A stretch of 64,000 nt of DNA from an uncultured Staphylococcaceae bacterium (GTDB taxonomy: Bacteria; Bacillota_I; Bacilli_A; RFN20; CAG-826): NCBI GenBank assembly GCA_964654155.1, contig CAZZGL010000001.1:34426-98425 (forward strand). Direction: 5' to 3'. The position numbers and the translations under genes are program-made. Below, piece after piece: positions 9,015 to 18,524 of this stretch; positions within the stretch are counted from its first letter, which is position 1; the number at the start of each line of letters is the position of its first letter. The notes beneath the pieces are model-generated. The model made no database searches. It was not told the DNA's origin and was given only the letters and a program-made list of their open reading frames with translations.

Positions 9015-9031
9015 GAAATGGAGGAAATTTA

Positions 9032-9493
9032 ATGAATCTTGAGCAACTTAATTTGCATTTTAAAGCATTACTTGAAGAAAAAGGCTTTGAATTATGTGAA
9101 TTAACTTTTAAAAGAGAAAATGGAGAATTAACATTACATTTTGCTATTGATAAAATAGATGGAGTAATGGATTTAGATACCACGGTTTCACTTTCAGAAT
9201 GGATTTCTCTTGAATTAGATAATTTAAATTGGGGGGATGAACCTTATACTCTTGATATTTCTAGTGCTGGTGCTGAACGTTCAATATCGGTGGATAAACT
9301 AGAAAAGTATAAAGGAAAATATGTTAACATTCATCTTATTAATCCTATTGATGGTGATAATTACATAGAAGGTGAATTAGCTGAGGTTAATAGTGAAGAA
9401 ATCATTATTATTAAGACCATTAAAACTAGAAAGATAAAAATTAAGATCGTTAGAGCTAATATCGATAAAGCTCGCTTAGCAATTAAGTTTTAG
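9032..9493 (+). CDS. rimP: Ribosome maturation factor RimP
   Basis: GGAGG RBS; size and position immediately upstream of nusA; RimP-like sequence (EPYTLDISSAGAERS). Confidence 0.85.
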   Translation: MNLEQLNLHFKALLEEKGFELCELTFKRENGELTLHFAIDKIDGVMDLDTTVSLSEWISLELDNLNWGDEPYTLDISSAGAERSISVDKLEKYKGKYVNIHLINPIDGDNYIEGELAEVNSEEIIIIKTIKTRKIKIKIVRANIDKARLAIKF

Positions 9494-9512
9494 ATAAAAG
9501 AGGAATAGATTT

Positions 9513-11135
9513 ATGATTAATGCAAAAGAATTTATTAAGGCTTTAAATGAGTTAGAAGCCGCTAAAGGAATTTCTAAAGAATCCATTATTGAAGCTCTAA
9601 AAGAAGCTATGGAAAAAGGATTTATTAAACAATTAGGTATTGTTAGTAATGGTGATTTAGAAGAAGCAAAAGTACGTGTGGATATTGATGCAAAAAAAGG
9701 CACAATTGAAATGTGTGTTCTAAAAACAGTTGTGGAAGAAGTTGAAGATGATTTCTTACAAATATCTTTAGAAGATGCTAACAAGGACGCTAATATATAT
9801 AAGGTTGGCGACATTTATGAAATACCTGTTTCAACTGATGAATTAACAAAATTAACTGCACAAAACGTTAAATCAGTATTGCGTCAAAAAATTGCTGAAG
9901 CAGAAAAAACAGCAATTTATAATGCATATATTGATAAAAAAGGCGAAATGATTCGTGGTGTTGTTGAAAAAGTTGATGAAAGATCTTCGATTGTTAACAT
10001 TGGTAGAACAAGTGTTTATCTTCCAAATTCACAAAAGATACCTGGTGAAACTTTCCGTATTGGCGACCAAATTCGTTTGTATGTTGTTGATGTTTTAAGT
10101 ACAACTAAAGGAGCACAAATAAATGTTTCTCGTACTGATCCAGGATATTTAAAACGCTTATTTGAAGAGGAGATTACTGAAATATATGATGGAGTTGTAT
10201 TAATTAAAGATATTGCTCGTGAAGCGGGAGAACGTAGTAAAATTGCAGTTATTTCTTTAGATCCAAATATTGATCCTATTGGAGCGTGTATTGGACAAAA
10301 TGGAAGCCGTATTCAAAAGATTTGTTCTTCATTAGGTAATGTACGTGAAAAGGAAAAAATTGATATTATCTCTTATACAGAAAATGCTGGATTATATATT
10401 ATTGAAGCTCTAAAACCGGCAAATGTTGTTGGCATTTGTTTGGATGAAGATAACAAGCGTGCCATCGCTGTTGTAAGAAATAATGAATTATCTCTTGCTA
10501 TTGGTAAACGCGGTGTTAATGCCCGTCTTGCAGTTCGCTTAACTGGTTGGACCATCGATATTAAAGAACAAGATGATGCAATGAGAGAAGGTATTAAATT
10601 CATTACAAAAGAAGAATTAATTAGACAAGATGAATTAAAGAAAACTATTTTATCAACACCTGTTTATACAGAAGAAACTCTTGATGAAGAAGAAGTAAAT
10701 GAAGAATATTATACTGAAGAAACTGAAGAGGTAATTGAAGATAATATTCCAGTTGCTGAAGAAGTAATTGAATCTGATGTTAAAGAGGAAATAGCCATAG
10801 AAGAGGAAGAAGAAGCTATTGAAGAAATCGAAACAACTATGGTTGATACAAAAGTTACTCTTGCTGATTTAGAAAAAGAATTAGAAAATGAAAAGACTCG
10901 TCGTGATCGTCAAGCACAATTTATCGCACGCCGCAAAAAGGCTTATCGCACAGAAGAGGAAGAAACTGAGGAAGAAGAATCTGTTTCCACAATTGATCGT
11001 TCAACCTATATGTCAATTTATACTGATGAAGAATTAGAAGAATTTGAACGTGAAGAACAATTAGAAGATGATTATGAAGAAGATGAAATCGATTACGATG
11101 AATTTGATTCATATTATGATGATGACGACAGATAA
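9513..11135 (+). CDS. nusA: Transcription termination/antitermination factor NusA with a long acidic C-terminal tail
   Basis: S1 and KH regions (IGACIGQNGSRIQ, AIGKRGVNARLA) and conserved operon position. The ~175-aa C-terminal extension is extremely Glu/Asp-rich. Confidence 0.95.
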   Translation: MINAKEFIKALNELEAAKGISKESIIEALKEAMEKGFIKQLGIVSNGDLEEAKVRVDIDAKKGTIEMCVLKTVVEEVEDDFLQISLEDANKDANIYKVGDIYEIPVSTDELTKLTAQNVKSVLRQKIAEAEKTAIYNAYIDKKGEMIRGVVEKVDERSSIVNIGRTSVYLPNSQKIPGETFRIGDQIRLYVVDVLSTTKGAQINVSRTDPGYLKRLFEEEITEIYDGVVLIKDIAREAGERSKIAVISLDPNIDPIGACIGQNGSRIQKICSSLGNVREKEKIDIISYTENAGLYIIEALKPANVVGICLDEDNKRAIAVVRNNELSLAIGKRGVNARLAVRLTGWTIDIKEQDDAMREGIKFITKEELIRQDELKKTILSTPVYTEETLDEEEVNEEYYTEETEEVIEDNIPVAEEVIESDVKEEIAIEEEEEAIEEIETTMVDTKVTLADLEKELENEKTRRDRQAQFIARRKKAYRTEEEETEEEESVSTIDRSTYMSIYTDEELEEFEREEQLEDDYEEDEIDYDEFDSYYDDDDR

Positions 11136-11158
11136 TAAAAACTAAGGAGTAAGTTATT

Positions 11159-11416
11159 ATGAAAAAAATTCCAATGAGAAGATGCGTTGCTACACTTGAA
11201 ATGTGTGAAAAAAAAGAACTACTTCGCATTGTTCGTACTCCAGAAGGTGAAATTGTTGTTGATCTTACAGGTAAAGCTAATGGTAGAGGAGCTTATATAA
11301 AAAAATCAAAAGAAGCTTTAGAAATTGCTCGCAAAAAGAAATCACTTGAAAGAGCTTTAGAAAGAGAAATTCCTGAAGAAGTATATTTGAAAATCGAAGG
11401 ATTATTAAATGACTGA
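11159..11416 (+). CDS. ylxR: YlxR/RnpM family RNA-binding protein (DUF448)
   Basis: N-terminal PMRRCVATLEMCEKKELLRIV motif; located between nusA and infB as in B. subtilis. Confidence 0.85.
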   Translation: MKKIPMRRCVATLEMCEKKELLRIVRTPEGEIVVDLTGKANGRGAYIKKSKEALEIARKKKSLERALEREIPEEVYLKIEGLLND

Positions 11417-11699
11417 TAAGATTTTAGGGTATATAGGACTTGCAATACGTGGTAAGTACATTCTTCTTGGTGAAGATAGTTTGAAAAAAATTAAAAAGGG
11501 AAATATTATTATTTTAGCTAAGGATGCAAGTGAAAGCTTAAAAGAAAAAGTAATTTTAAAAGCATCACTTGCAGGCATTAGCGTTGTTTCTCTATATGAT
11601 AAAAATACCTTAGGACAATTACTTAATAAAAATCAAGTTGCAATATTAATTGTGACAAATCATTCATTGGCAACACAAATTAAAAAAGCAGTTAATTAA
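11409..11699 (+). CDS. L7Ae-family RNA-binding protein (YlxQ-like)
   Basis: About 96 aa, overlaps the ylxR stop, and has the conserved position before infB. The GLAIRGKYILLGED...ILAKDASE pattern is typical of L7Ae/YlxQ proteins. Confidence 0.75.
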   Translation: MTDKILGYIGLAIRGKYILLGEDSLKKIKKGNIIILAKDASESLKEKVILKASLAGISVVSLYDKNTLGQLLNKNQVAILIVTNHSLATQIKKAVN

Positions 11700-11719
11700 A
11701 ATTAAAGGAGAGTGATCCT

Positions 11720-13564
11720 ATGGCAAAGAAAGAATTTAAGTCAAATCGTAATGGTAATCAGGGACGAGTTAGTAATTTTCCAAATCATCGACAAAAAGAA
11801 GTTAATAAAGTTAATGGCGGTGTATTTGTTTTTACTAAAGCCTTGACCGTTAGTGAACTTGCAGAACAATTAAATGTCAATGCTTCACAAATTATTAAAA
11901 CTCTTTTTATGGCAGGAAAAATGGTTACTATTAATACTACTTTGGATGATGAATTAATTGGACAAGTTTGTTTGGAATTTGGATATGATTTTAAAAAAGA
12001 AAAAATAATATCTGAAGAAAACTTTGAAGAAGTTGAAATAATTGATGATCCCAAAGATTTAGAAGAAAGACCTCCTGTTGTTACTATCATGGGACATGTA
12101 GACCATGGTAAAACTACATTGATTGATACAATTCGAAAGTCAAATATTGTATCGACTGAAGCTGGTGCAATTACGCAAGCTATTGGTGCATATCAAAAAG
12201 AAATACATGGAAGAAAAATAACATTTATTGACACTCCAGGGCACGAAGCATTTACCGCAATGCGTTCAAGAGGAGCATCAGTTACTGATATTGTTATTAT
12301 TATAGTTGCCGCTGATGATGGAGTTATGCCACAAACAAAAGAGGCTATCGATCACGCTAAAGCCGCGAATGTACCAATCATTGTTGCAATTAATAAAATT
12401 GATAAACCTGGAGCCGATCCAGAAAGAGTTAAAACTGAACTTATGCAATTAAACATAATTCCTGAAGAATATGGTGGAGATACAATTTTCTGTGAAATTT
12501 CCGCTAAAAAGAATATTGGTGTAGAAAATTTATTAGAAAATATTCTTGTAGTTGCAGAAATGCTTGAATTAAAAGCAAACCCATCTCGATATGCATTAGG
12601 AACAGTTTTAGAAGCTAATTTAGATAAAGGTGAAGGACCAAAAGCTACTTTAGTTATACAAAATGGTACCTTAAATAGTTCTGATTATGTGGTTGTAGGT
12701 ACTGCGTATGGTCGCGTTAGAAGAATGACTAATGAGTATAAAAAGATACTTCGTACTGCTGGTCCATCAACTCCAGTTAGTATTATCGGCTTAAGTGAAG
12801 TTCCAGTTGCAGGTGATCACTTTATGGCATTTCCAACTGAGAAACAAGCTCGTGAAATTGCTGAAAAAAGAAGACAAGCTCGTGTTACTTCAGAAATGCA
12901 TGGTAGCAGCGCAATGTCCTTAGATGATTTATATAATCGTATTCATGAAGGGGAAGTACAAACAATTAATATCATTATTAAAGCGGATTTACAAGGCTCA
13001 GCCGAAGCTATTAAGGCTAGCTTAGAAAAGCTAAATAATGATCAAGTTAAGATAAATGTTATTCGTTCAACTGCGGGGGCAATTACTGAAAGTGATGTCT
13101 TACTTGCTTCTGCTTCAAGTGCGATTATCTATGGATTTAATGTTCGTCCTGATGCTTTAGTTAGAAGCAAAGCGGAAGAGGAAGGCATTGAAATTCGTTT
13201 ACATCGAATCATTTATGCTTTAATTGAGGAAATGGAAGCGGCGATGAAGGGATTATTAAAACCTGAATATGAAGAAAAAGTTTTAGGACAAGCATCAGTC
13301 AGACAATTGTTTAAAGTTTCTAAACTTGGTACAATCGCCGGCTGTATGGTAACAAGTGGTTTGATTCGACGCGATTCCTCAATGAGATTAATTCGTGATG
13401 GTATTGTAGTTTATGAGGGAAAATTATCTTCCTTAAAGCGTTATCAAAATGATGCAAAAGAAGTTCAAACTGGTTATGAATGCGGACTTATGATTGAAAA
13501 TTATAATGATATAAAAGAAAATGATATCATTGAATGTTATGAAATGGTTGAAATTAAAAAGTAG
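11720..13564 (+). CDS. infB: Translation initiation factor IF-2
   Basis: GTPase motifs [18 protein letters not shown] and NKIDK; conserved operon position. Confidence 0.95.
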   Translation: MAKKEFKSNRNGNQGRVSNFPNHRQKEVNKVNGGVFVFTKALTVSELAEQLNVNASQIIKTLFMAGKMVTINTTLDDELIGQVCLEFGYDFKKEKIISEENFEEVEIIDDPKDLEERPPVVTIMGHVDHGKTTLIDTIRKSNIVSTEAGAITQAIGAYQKEIHGRKITFIDTPGHEAFTAMRSRGASVTDIVIIIVAADDGVMPQTKEAIDHAKAANVPIIVAINKIDKPGADPERVKTELMQLNIIPEEYGGDTIFCEISAKKNIGVENLLENILVVAEMLELKANPSRYALGTVLEANLDKGEGPKATLVIQNGTLNSSDYVVVGTAYGRVRRMTNEYKKILRTAGPSTPVSIIGLSEVPVAGDHFMAFPTEKQAREIAEKRRQARVTSEMHGSSAMSLDDLYNRIHEGEVQTINIIIKADLQGSAEAIKASLEKLNNDQVKINVIRSTAGAITESDVLLASASSAIIYGFNVRPDALVRSKAEEEGIEIRLHRIIYALIEEMEAAMKGLLKPEYEEKVLGQASVRQLFKVSKLGTIAGCMVTSGLIRRDSSMRLIRDGIVVYEGKLSSLKRYQNDAKEVQTGYECGLMIENYNDIKENDIIECYEMVEIKK

Positions 13565-13573
13565 GCGATATTT

Positions 13574-13930
13574 ATGGCAAGTAGAAAAGATAGAGTACCT
13601 GCTTTAATTCTTAAAAACATATCAGAAATTATTCAATTTGAAGTTAAAAGTAAGTCAATTGGTTTTGTAACAGTTACTGATGTAGATGTATCAAATGATT
13701 TTTCTCATGCAAAAGTATATGTAACATTTTTAGGACAAGGAAATGTTAATAGTCGTTTAGAAGCATTAGAAAGAACAAAAGGATTTATTCGCTCATCTTT
13801 AGCTAAAAAAATGGATATTAGAAAAGTTCCTGAACTTCATTTTATTATTGATGATTCTTTTGAAAAAGCACGAAAAATTGATGAGAGTTTAAAAAAAGAA
13901 GAAGAAGAATTAAAGAAGATTTTAAAATAG
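13574..13930 (+). CDS. rbfA: Ribosome-binding factor A
   Basis: Size, position after infB, and RbfA-like sequence (VTVTDVDVSNDFSHAKVYV). Confidence 0.9.
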   Translation: MASRKDRVPALILKNISEIIQFEVKSKSIGFVTVTDVDVSNDFSHAKVYVTFLGQGNVNSRLEALERTKGFIRSSLAKKMDIRKVPELHFIIDDSFEKARKIDESLKKEEEELKKILK

Positions 13931-13940
13931 TAATTTTAAG

Positions 13941-13967
13941 AGGATGATTATTAACCATCCTTTTTTT
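13941..13967 (+). terminator. Rho-independent terminator after rbfA
   Basis: AGGATG-loop-CATCCT stem followed by TTTTTTT. It lies in the 39-nt gap between rbfA and the convergent gene. Confidence 0.6.
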
Positions 13968-13969
13968 CA

Positions 13970-15124
13970 TTATATTAGCTTTATTAAAGAAGAATTATTA
14001 TCAAGCTCGTAACCACGCTTTATAAAGAAATTTTTGTATTCCGTATTAATAATAATTTTACAAGGATTATGTTTTGAAAATAGTTCATCTTCAATAAATT
14101 GTAATAATAATGTACCATAGCCTTTATTTCTAAATTCTTTTTTAATACAGAATGACGATATTTTAAATGTTCTTTCTTCAATAGAAGAATATTTTATCAC
14201 CCCAATTGGTATTTTTTTATTGTATAGAACATATAGATGATAGTTATTGATAGAATCATTAAATTCTTCATCGAATTTATGCTTAAGCTCATTAATAAAT
14301 ACATCATATCTAATCATCATTGAATCATGATATGATTTATCATCAATAACTGGTTTAACATATACAGAATCCTCATTTAAAGGAATTGATATTTTATTTT
14401 TCCAAAGGTCTTCTTTTTCATAATTTAGAAGCATTGTTAACATATTTTCTTTTGCTTCCGGATATTGTTTATAAAGTGAATTTAACCATGTTTTTGCTTC
14501 TTCGCGTATTGTATGCTTATCATTAGGACATTTTAATGATGTGATAGGAACATTAAGTTCAATTGCGCATGATAAAATATTTGTTTCGCGGGCTAAAATA
14601 AGAGGACGAATAAAAATTAAATCAGTTTTTTCTAAATGCATTTTTGGAGAAAATGTTGCCATTCTAGCTCCAAATATTTGATTCATCCATAAGGTTTCAA
14701 TTGCATCTTCAGCGTGATGTGCGAAAGCGACTTTATTGCAATTATATTTATGTGCGGCGTTATTAATAGAGGCTTTTTTCATTCGTGAACAAATTGAACA
14801 TGATAGTTTTTCTTTATTACCTTTTTGAATTCTAAGTATTTCTCCTATTTGGGTAGAATCTTCTATAATTAGTTCATAACCTAAGGAATTAAACCATTCT
14901 TTTAGTGGAGTAAAATCTACAATATCAAAGCCTAAATTTAAAAGTATAGGGATAATTGTAAAATCTTTTTTTGCAAATTTTTGATATAATGTTAATGAAT
15001 AAAATAAAACAAGAGAATCCTTGCCTCCAGATATCCCAACAGCGATTTTATCACCTTTATTTATTAAATTAAATTTTAAGTCTGCTTTTTTAATTGCCGC
15101 TAAAACTTTACGTATTGATTTCAT
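13970..15124 (-). CDS. TtcA-like PP-loop ATP pyrophosphatase (tRNA thiolation type) fused to a C-terminal GNAT acetyltransferase domain
   Basis: PP-loop SGGKDS; Cys motif CSICSR plus a later KCPND Cys (TtcA-type Fe-S ligand pattern). The C-terminal ~125 aa carry the GNAT acetyl-CoA motif KKEFRNKGYGTLLLQ. Confidence 0.7.
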   Translation of the reverse strand: MKSIRKVLAAIKKADLKFNLINKGDKIAVGISGGKDSLVLFYSLTLYQKFAKKDFTIIPILLNLGFDIVDFTPLKEWFNSLGYELIIEDSTQIGEILRIQKGNKEKLSCSICSRMKKASINNAAHKYNCNKVAFAHHAEDAIETLWMNQIFGARMATFSPKMHLEKTDLIFIRPLILARETNILSCAIELNVPITSLKCPNDKHTIREEAKTWLNSLYKQYPEAKENMLTMLLNYEKEDLWKNKISIPLNEDSVYVKPVIDDKSYHDSMMIRYDVFINELKHKFDEEFNDSINNYHLYVLYNKKIPIGVIKYSSIEERTFKISSFCIKKEFRNKGYGTLLLQFIEDELFSKHNPCKIIINTEYKNFFIKRGYELDNNSSLIKLI

Positions 15125-15186
15125 ACTTAGACATTCCTTTTTGCACTTTTTATATTATAATATAAAAGATAAGGAAATGAATAGTT

Positions 15187-16032
15187 ATGGATGGTATTTT
15201 TTTAATTGATAAAGAAATTAATTACACTTCAAGAGATGTAGTAAATATTATTGGTAAAAAGTTTAAAACAAAAAAAGTAGGTCATGCTGGCACTCTTGAT
15301 CCTTTTGCTACTGGCTTATTAATAGTAACATTTAATAAAGGAACTAAAATAACTCAATTTTTAGAAAGTTGTACAAAAACATATGTTGCTACTTTAAAAT
15401 TAGGATTTGATACCGATACTTTAGATTTAAATGGAAATAAAATTGCAAAAAAAGAAATACCATTATTAGAAAAGATAGATATTGAAGAAGTTTTAAATTC
15501 TTTTTTAGGTAAATATATGCAAGCCATTCCAAAATATTCTGCAGTTAAATTTAAAGGAAAAGAATTATATAAATATGCCAGAATGAATATTGAGACTCCT
15601 CAGTTAAATAGAGAAATAGATATTCAAAGCGTAAAATTAATTTGTTTTGAGAATAATGAAATTACTTTTGAAGTTGTATGTTCTAAAGGAACATATATTC
15701 GTCAACTTGGACAAGATATTGCACATAAATTAAATACATGTGGACATCTTATAGCCTTAAGAAGAACAAGAATAGGTTTGTTTAATATTGATGATTCAAA
15801 AAAAATAAATGAGATTAATGAGAATGATTTAATATCTATTACAAATTCTTTATCGCATATGACTACAATTAAAGTAGATACAAAATTAGAAGAAGATATT
15901 AAGAATGGGAAAAAAGTTAAATTAAATGCTAGCAAAGAAGAAATTTTTATAATTAACTCCAATAATGAACCAATTGCTATATTAGAATATGTTGAAAATG
16001 ATATTTACAAAGTTAAAAGAGGGTTGTTTTAA
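15187..16032 (+). CDS. truB: tRNA pseudouridine-55 synthase TruB
   Basis: Catalytic motif GHAGTLDPFATGLL; conserved position before ribF. Confidence 0.9.
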   Translation: MDGIFLIDKEINYTSRDVVNIIGKKFKTKKVGHAGTLDPFATGLLIVTFNKGTKITQFLESCTKTYVATLKLGFDTDTLDLNGNKIAKKEIPLLEKIDIEEVLNSFLGKYMQAIPKYSAVKFKGKELYKYARMNIETPQLNREIDIQSVKLICFENNEITFEVVCSKGTYIRQLGQDIAHKLNTCGHLIALRRTRIGLFNIDDSKKINEINENDLISITNSLSHMTTIKVDTKLEEDIKNGKKVKLNASKEEIFIINSNNEPIAILEYVENDIYKVKRGLF

Positions 16033-16931
16033 TGAAAATCATTGAGCTTGATAATGAATATGTTAATAAAGAAAAAATAGCTTTATGTTTAGGATATTTT
16101 GATGGACTTCATAAAGGTCATCAAGTGTTAATTGCAGAAGCAACTAAAAGTGGTTATAAAGTTGGTATATTGACTTTTGATATTTCTCCAAAACAATTTA
16201 TTAATAAGAAAAATAAAGAAGTTATTTTAGATGAAAATACTAGAAATGAGTTGTTAGAAAAAATGAAGGTAGATTATTTATATATTCAAAAATTTAATGA
16301 AAGTTTTTCTAAAATGTCTCCTAGTGAATTTATTAATTATTTAAAAAGATTCAATCCATCATTATTAGTTGTGGGTTATGATTATCGATTTGGTTTTAAT
16401 GCCGATGGTAATGTTTCATTATTAAAACAATACTTTAATGTTGCAGAAGTTGAACAAATTAAAGATGATAATGGTAAATATGCAACTTCAAGATTAATTG
16501 ATTCATTATCAAAATCGAATATTAAAGATGTTACAAATGTTTTAGGTAGACCATATAGTATTATAGGAGAAGTAATTAATGGTCTTCAAAACGGAAGAAA
16601 AATAGGATTTAAAACTGCAAATTTGAAATTAATTACTTCATATTATTTACCTAAAAATGGTGTTTATGCTTGTTATGCGTATGTTAATAATAAAAAGTAT
16701 TGTTCAATGGTAAATATAGGTGTTCATCCAACAATACAAAAATTAAATAATCCGATTATTGAAGTTCATATTATCGATTTTGATGAAAATATATACGGAA
16801 GTACTTTAAAAATAGATTTTATTGACTTTATTCGTGAAGAAAAAAAGTTTTTATCGATTGAAGAATTAAAGATTCAATTAGAAAAAGACGTAATTATTTC
16901 AAAGAAGATTTTATCTAATAATAATATTTAA
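16032..16931 (+). CDS. ribF: Bifunctional riboflavin kinase / FAD synthetase
   Basis: ATG overlaps the truB stop (TAATG). GYFDGLHKGHQ nucleotidyltransferase motif with a C-terminal riboflavin kinase region. Confidence 0.9.
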   Translation: MKIIELDNEYVNKEKIALCLGYFDGLHKGHQVLIAEATKSGYKVGILTFDISPKQFINKKNKEVILDENTRNELLEKMKVDYLYIQKFNESFSKMSPSEFINYLKRFNPSLLVVGYDYRFGFNADGNVSLLKQYFNVAEVEQIKDDNGKYATSRLIDSLSKSNIKDVTNVLGRPYSIIGEVINGLQNGRKIGFKTANLKLITSYYLPKNGVYACYAYVNNKKYCSMVNIGVHPTIQKLNNPIIEVHIIDFDENIYGSTLKIDFIDFIREEKKFLSIEELKIQLEKDVIISKKILSNNNI

Positions 16932-16934
16932 AAA

Positions 16935-16969
16935 AGACCATCTATTATCGTAATAGGCGGTCTTTTTTT
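16935..16969 (+). terminator. Rho-independent terminator after ribF
   Basis: AGACCATCTATTA-TCG-TAATAGGCGGTCT followed by TTTTTTT. Confidence 0.7.
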
Positions 16970-17067
16970 ATAAAATTGAAGTCTAAAGATTAAATTTTAT
17001 AATAATAAATTAAAAAAAAACTTCAATTATAATTAACGATATGTTAATTTAATTACATAAGAAGTCG

Positions 17068-17099
17068 AAAAAAGACCGCCTATTACGATAATAGGTGGC
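17068..17099 (-). repeat. Inverted second copy of the ribF terminator hairpin
   Basis: AAAAAAGACCGCCTATTACGATAATAGGTGGC is nearly the reverse complement of 16935-16969. Read on the minus strand it is a hairpin plus T-run, yet no minus-strand gene lies to its right. Confidence 0.5.
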
Positions 17100-17227
17100 A
17101 TTATGAAAGGAGATGTATAACTTATGAATAATTTAAAATTAACATTTACTTAATTTATTGTTGTTAAAAAAATAAAATAGTTGACTTTAGTATACTTATT
17201 AATGTTTAAAACTTTAAAGGAGAAAAA

Positions 17228-18049
17228 ATGGGAAATACAAAAAAAGAATCTTTGTATAAAAGAATAAAAAATAATTTTAAAAAAGAAACGCCGGATAATA
17301 GTAAAGTTAAGGTGTTTATAATTATGTCTATTTTATATGGTTTAGTATTTGGTCTATTGTTGTATTTATTTATAGTATCGAGTGAATTTTTACATGCACT
17401 TTCTTTAGGTGGAATAGCGATAACGTTATCATATTTTGCTTATTTTGGTTTTCATAATCCTTTTAATTATAAAAAATGGATTAAAGTTTGTATAATTATT
17501 CTAGGGACAATTTTAATTGGAATATGTGATTATTTTGCCGCAATTTCGCTATTAAATTCTAACATAAATGGTGCAGAATCAAATGGAATACCATTAGAAT
17601 CTATTTGTTTGATTGCATTGATTTTAATGGCTGAAATTGAATATTACATTGGTTATGGAATTTGGTGTAAGGGATTACCTTCATACATGTATGTAATTAT
17701 ATTCTTCTTTGGACCTTTTGTTATTAGTGCAATAGTTAGTTGGATAATTGTAATTTTTCTTATCAAATACATTTTTAAGACTTTAATTTCTATTATATTT
17801 GAAATGGTAAAATTCGTTTTATCGTTCTTTGGTAAGACTATAGGTGATTCTAGCTTTGGTAAAGGATTTAAGGCGGGATTATCAGGCGAAGATTATGAAG
17901 ATGATGAAATAATTTATGAAGTCTATGAAGATGGATATACTAGAAAACTAAAATTTTTCAAGCATTATGGTGATTATGATGTATATAAAGATGATACAGG
18001 CCGTTATTGGACTAGCTATGATGGTGGAAATACTTTTACTAGAGAATAG
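17228..18049 (+). CDS. Orphan polytopic membrane protein with Tyr/Asp-rich cytoplasmic tail
   Basis: AAGGAG RBS; about 5-6 hydrophobic segments. The C-terminus reads EDYEDDEIIYEVYEDGYTRKLKFFKHYGDYDVYKDDTGRYWTSYDGGNTF. No family was recognised. Confidence 0.6.
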   Translation: MGNTKKESLYKRIKNNFKKETPDNSKVKVFIIMSILYGLVFGLLLYLFIVSSEFLHALSLGGIAITLSYFAYFGFHNPFNYKKWIKVCIIILGTILIGICDYFAAISLLNSNINGAESNGIPLESICLIALILMAEIEYYIGYGIWCKGLPSYMYVIIFFFGPFVISAIVSWIIVIFLIKYIFKTLISIIFEMVKFVLSFFGKTIGDSSFGKGFKAGLSGEDYEDDEIIYEVYEDGYTRKLKFFKHYGDYDVYKDDTGRYWTSYDGGNTFTRE

Positions 18050-18127
18050 ATAAATAATTAATAAAAACTTGAGCGGCTTGAGCTTGCTTGAAGCATTGTT
18101 AATATAAATTAAAAAAGTAAAAAAAGC

Positions 18128-18155
18128 TTGATTTTCTGTGGCAATTTGATATTAT
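18128..18155 (+). promoter_or_regulatory. Candidate promoter of rpsO (extended -10)
   Basis: TTGATT, a 16-nt spacer, then TATTAT, with TG one base upstream of the -10 element (TGATATTAT). Confidence 0.5.
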
Positions 18156-18238
18156 GTTTGTGTACTTTTTCTTGGAACTGAGAATCTCCAACTTTTTTCT
18201 AAGATTAAGCATAATACGCTAGAAGGAGGATAAATAAA

Positions 18239-18508
18239 ATGGCACTTTCAAAAGAAAGAGTAGCGGAATTAGTCAAAACCTATGGTAAAAATGAAAATGA
18301 TACTGGTTCAACTGAAGTTCAAATTGCTTTATTAACCGCTCAAATTCAAGACTTAACTGCTCACTTAAAAACTCATAAGCATGATCATCATTCACGTCGT
18401 GGATTATTCAAACTTGTTGGTAAAAGACGTGGTTTACTTGATTACTTACAAGCAAAGGATCATGAAGCTTACTCAAAACTTATTTCCGCATTAGGAATTC
18501 GTAAGTAA
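18239..18508 (+). CDS. rpsO: 30S ribosomal protein S15
   Basis: 89 aa with S15 sequence ([15 protein letters not shown]) and a GGAGG RBS. Confidence 0.95.
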   Translation: MALSKERVAELVKTYGKNENDTGSTEVQIALLTAQIQDLTAHLKTHKHDHHSRRGLFKLVGKRRGLLDYLQAKDHEAYSKLISALGIRK

Positions 18509-18524
18509 TTTGATTATGATTTTT

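Noticed and set aside
17103-17153. Two mini-ORFs lie after the inverted hairpin: MKGDV (17103-17120) and MNNLKLTFT (17124-17153, with AGGAG 11 nt upstream). They were considered as a possible leader peptide for the downstream membrane protein.
   Set aside because: They are too short and lack regulatory codon runs. No attenuator structure links them to the 17228 gene. Chance occurrence is likely.
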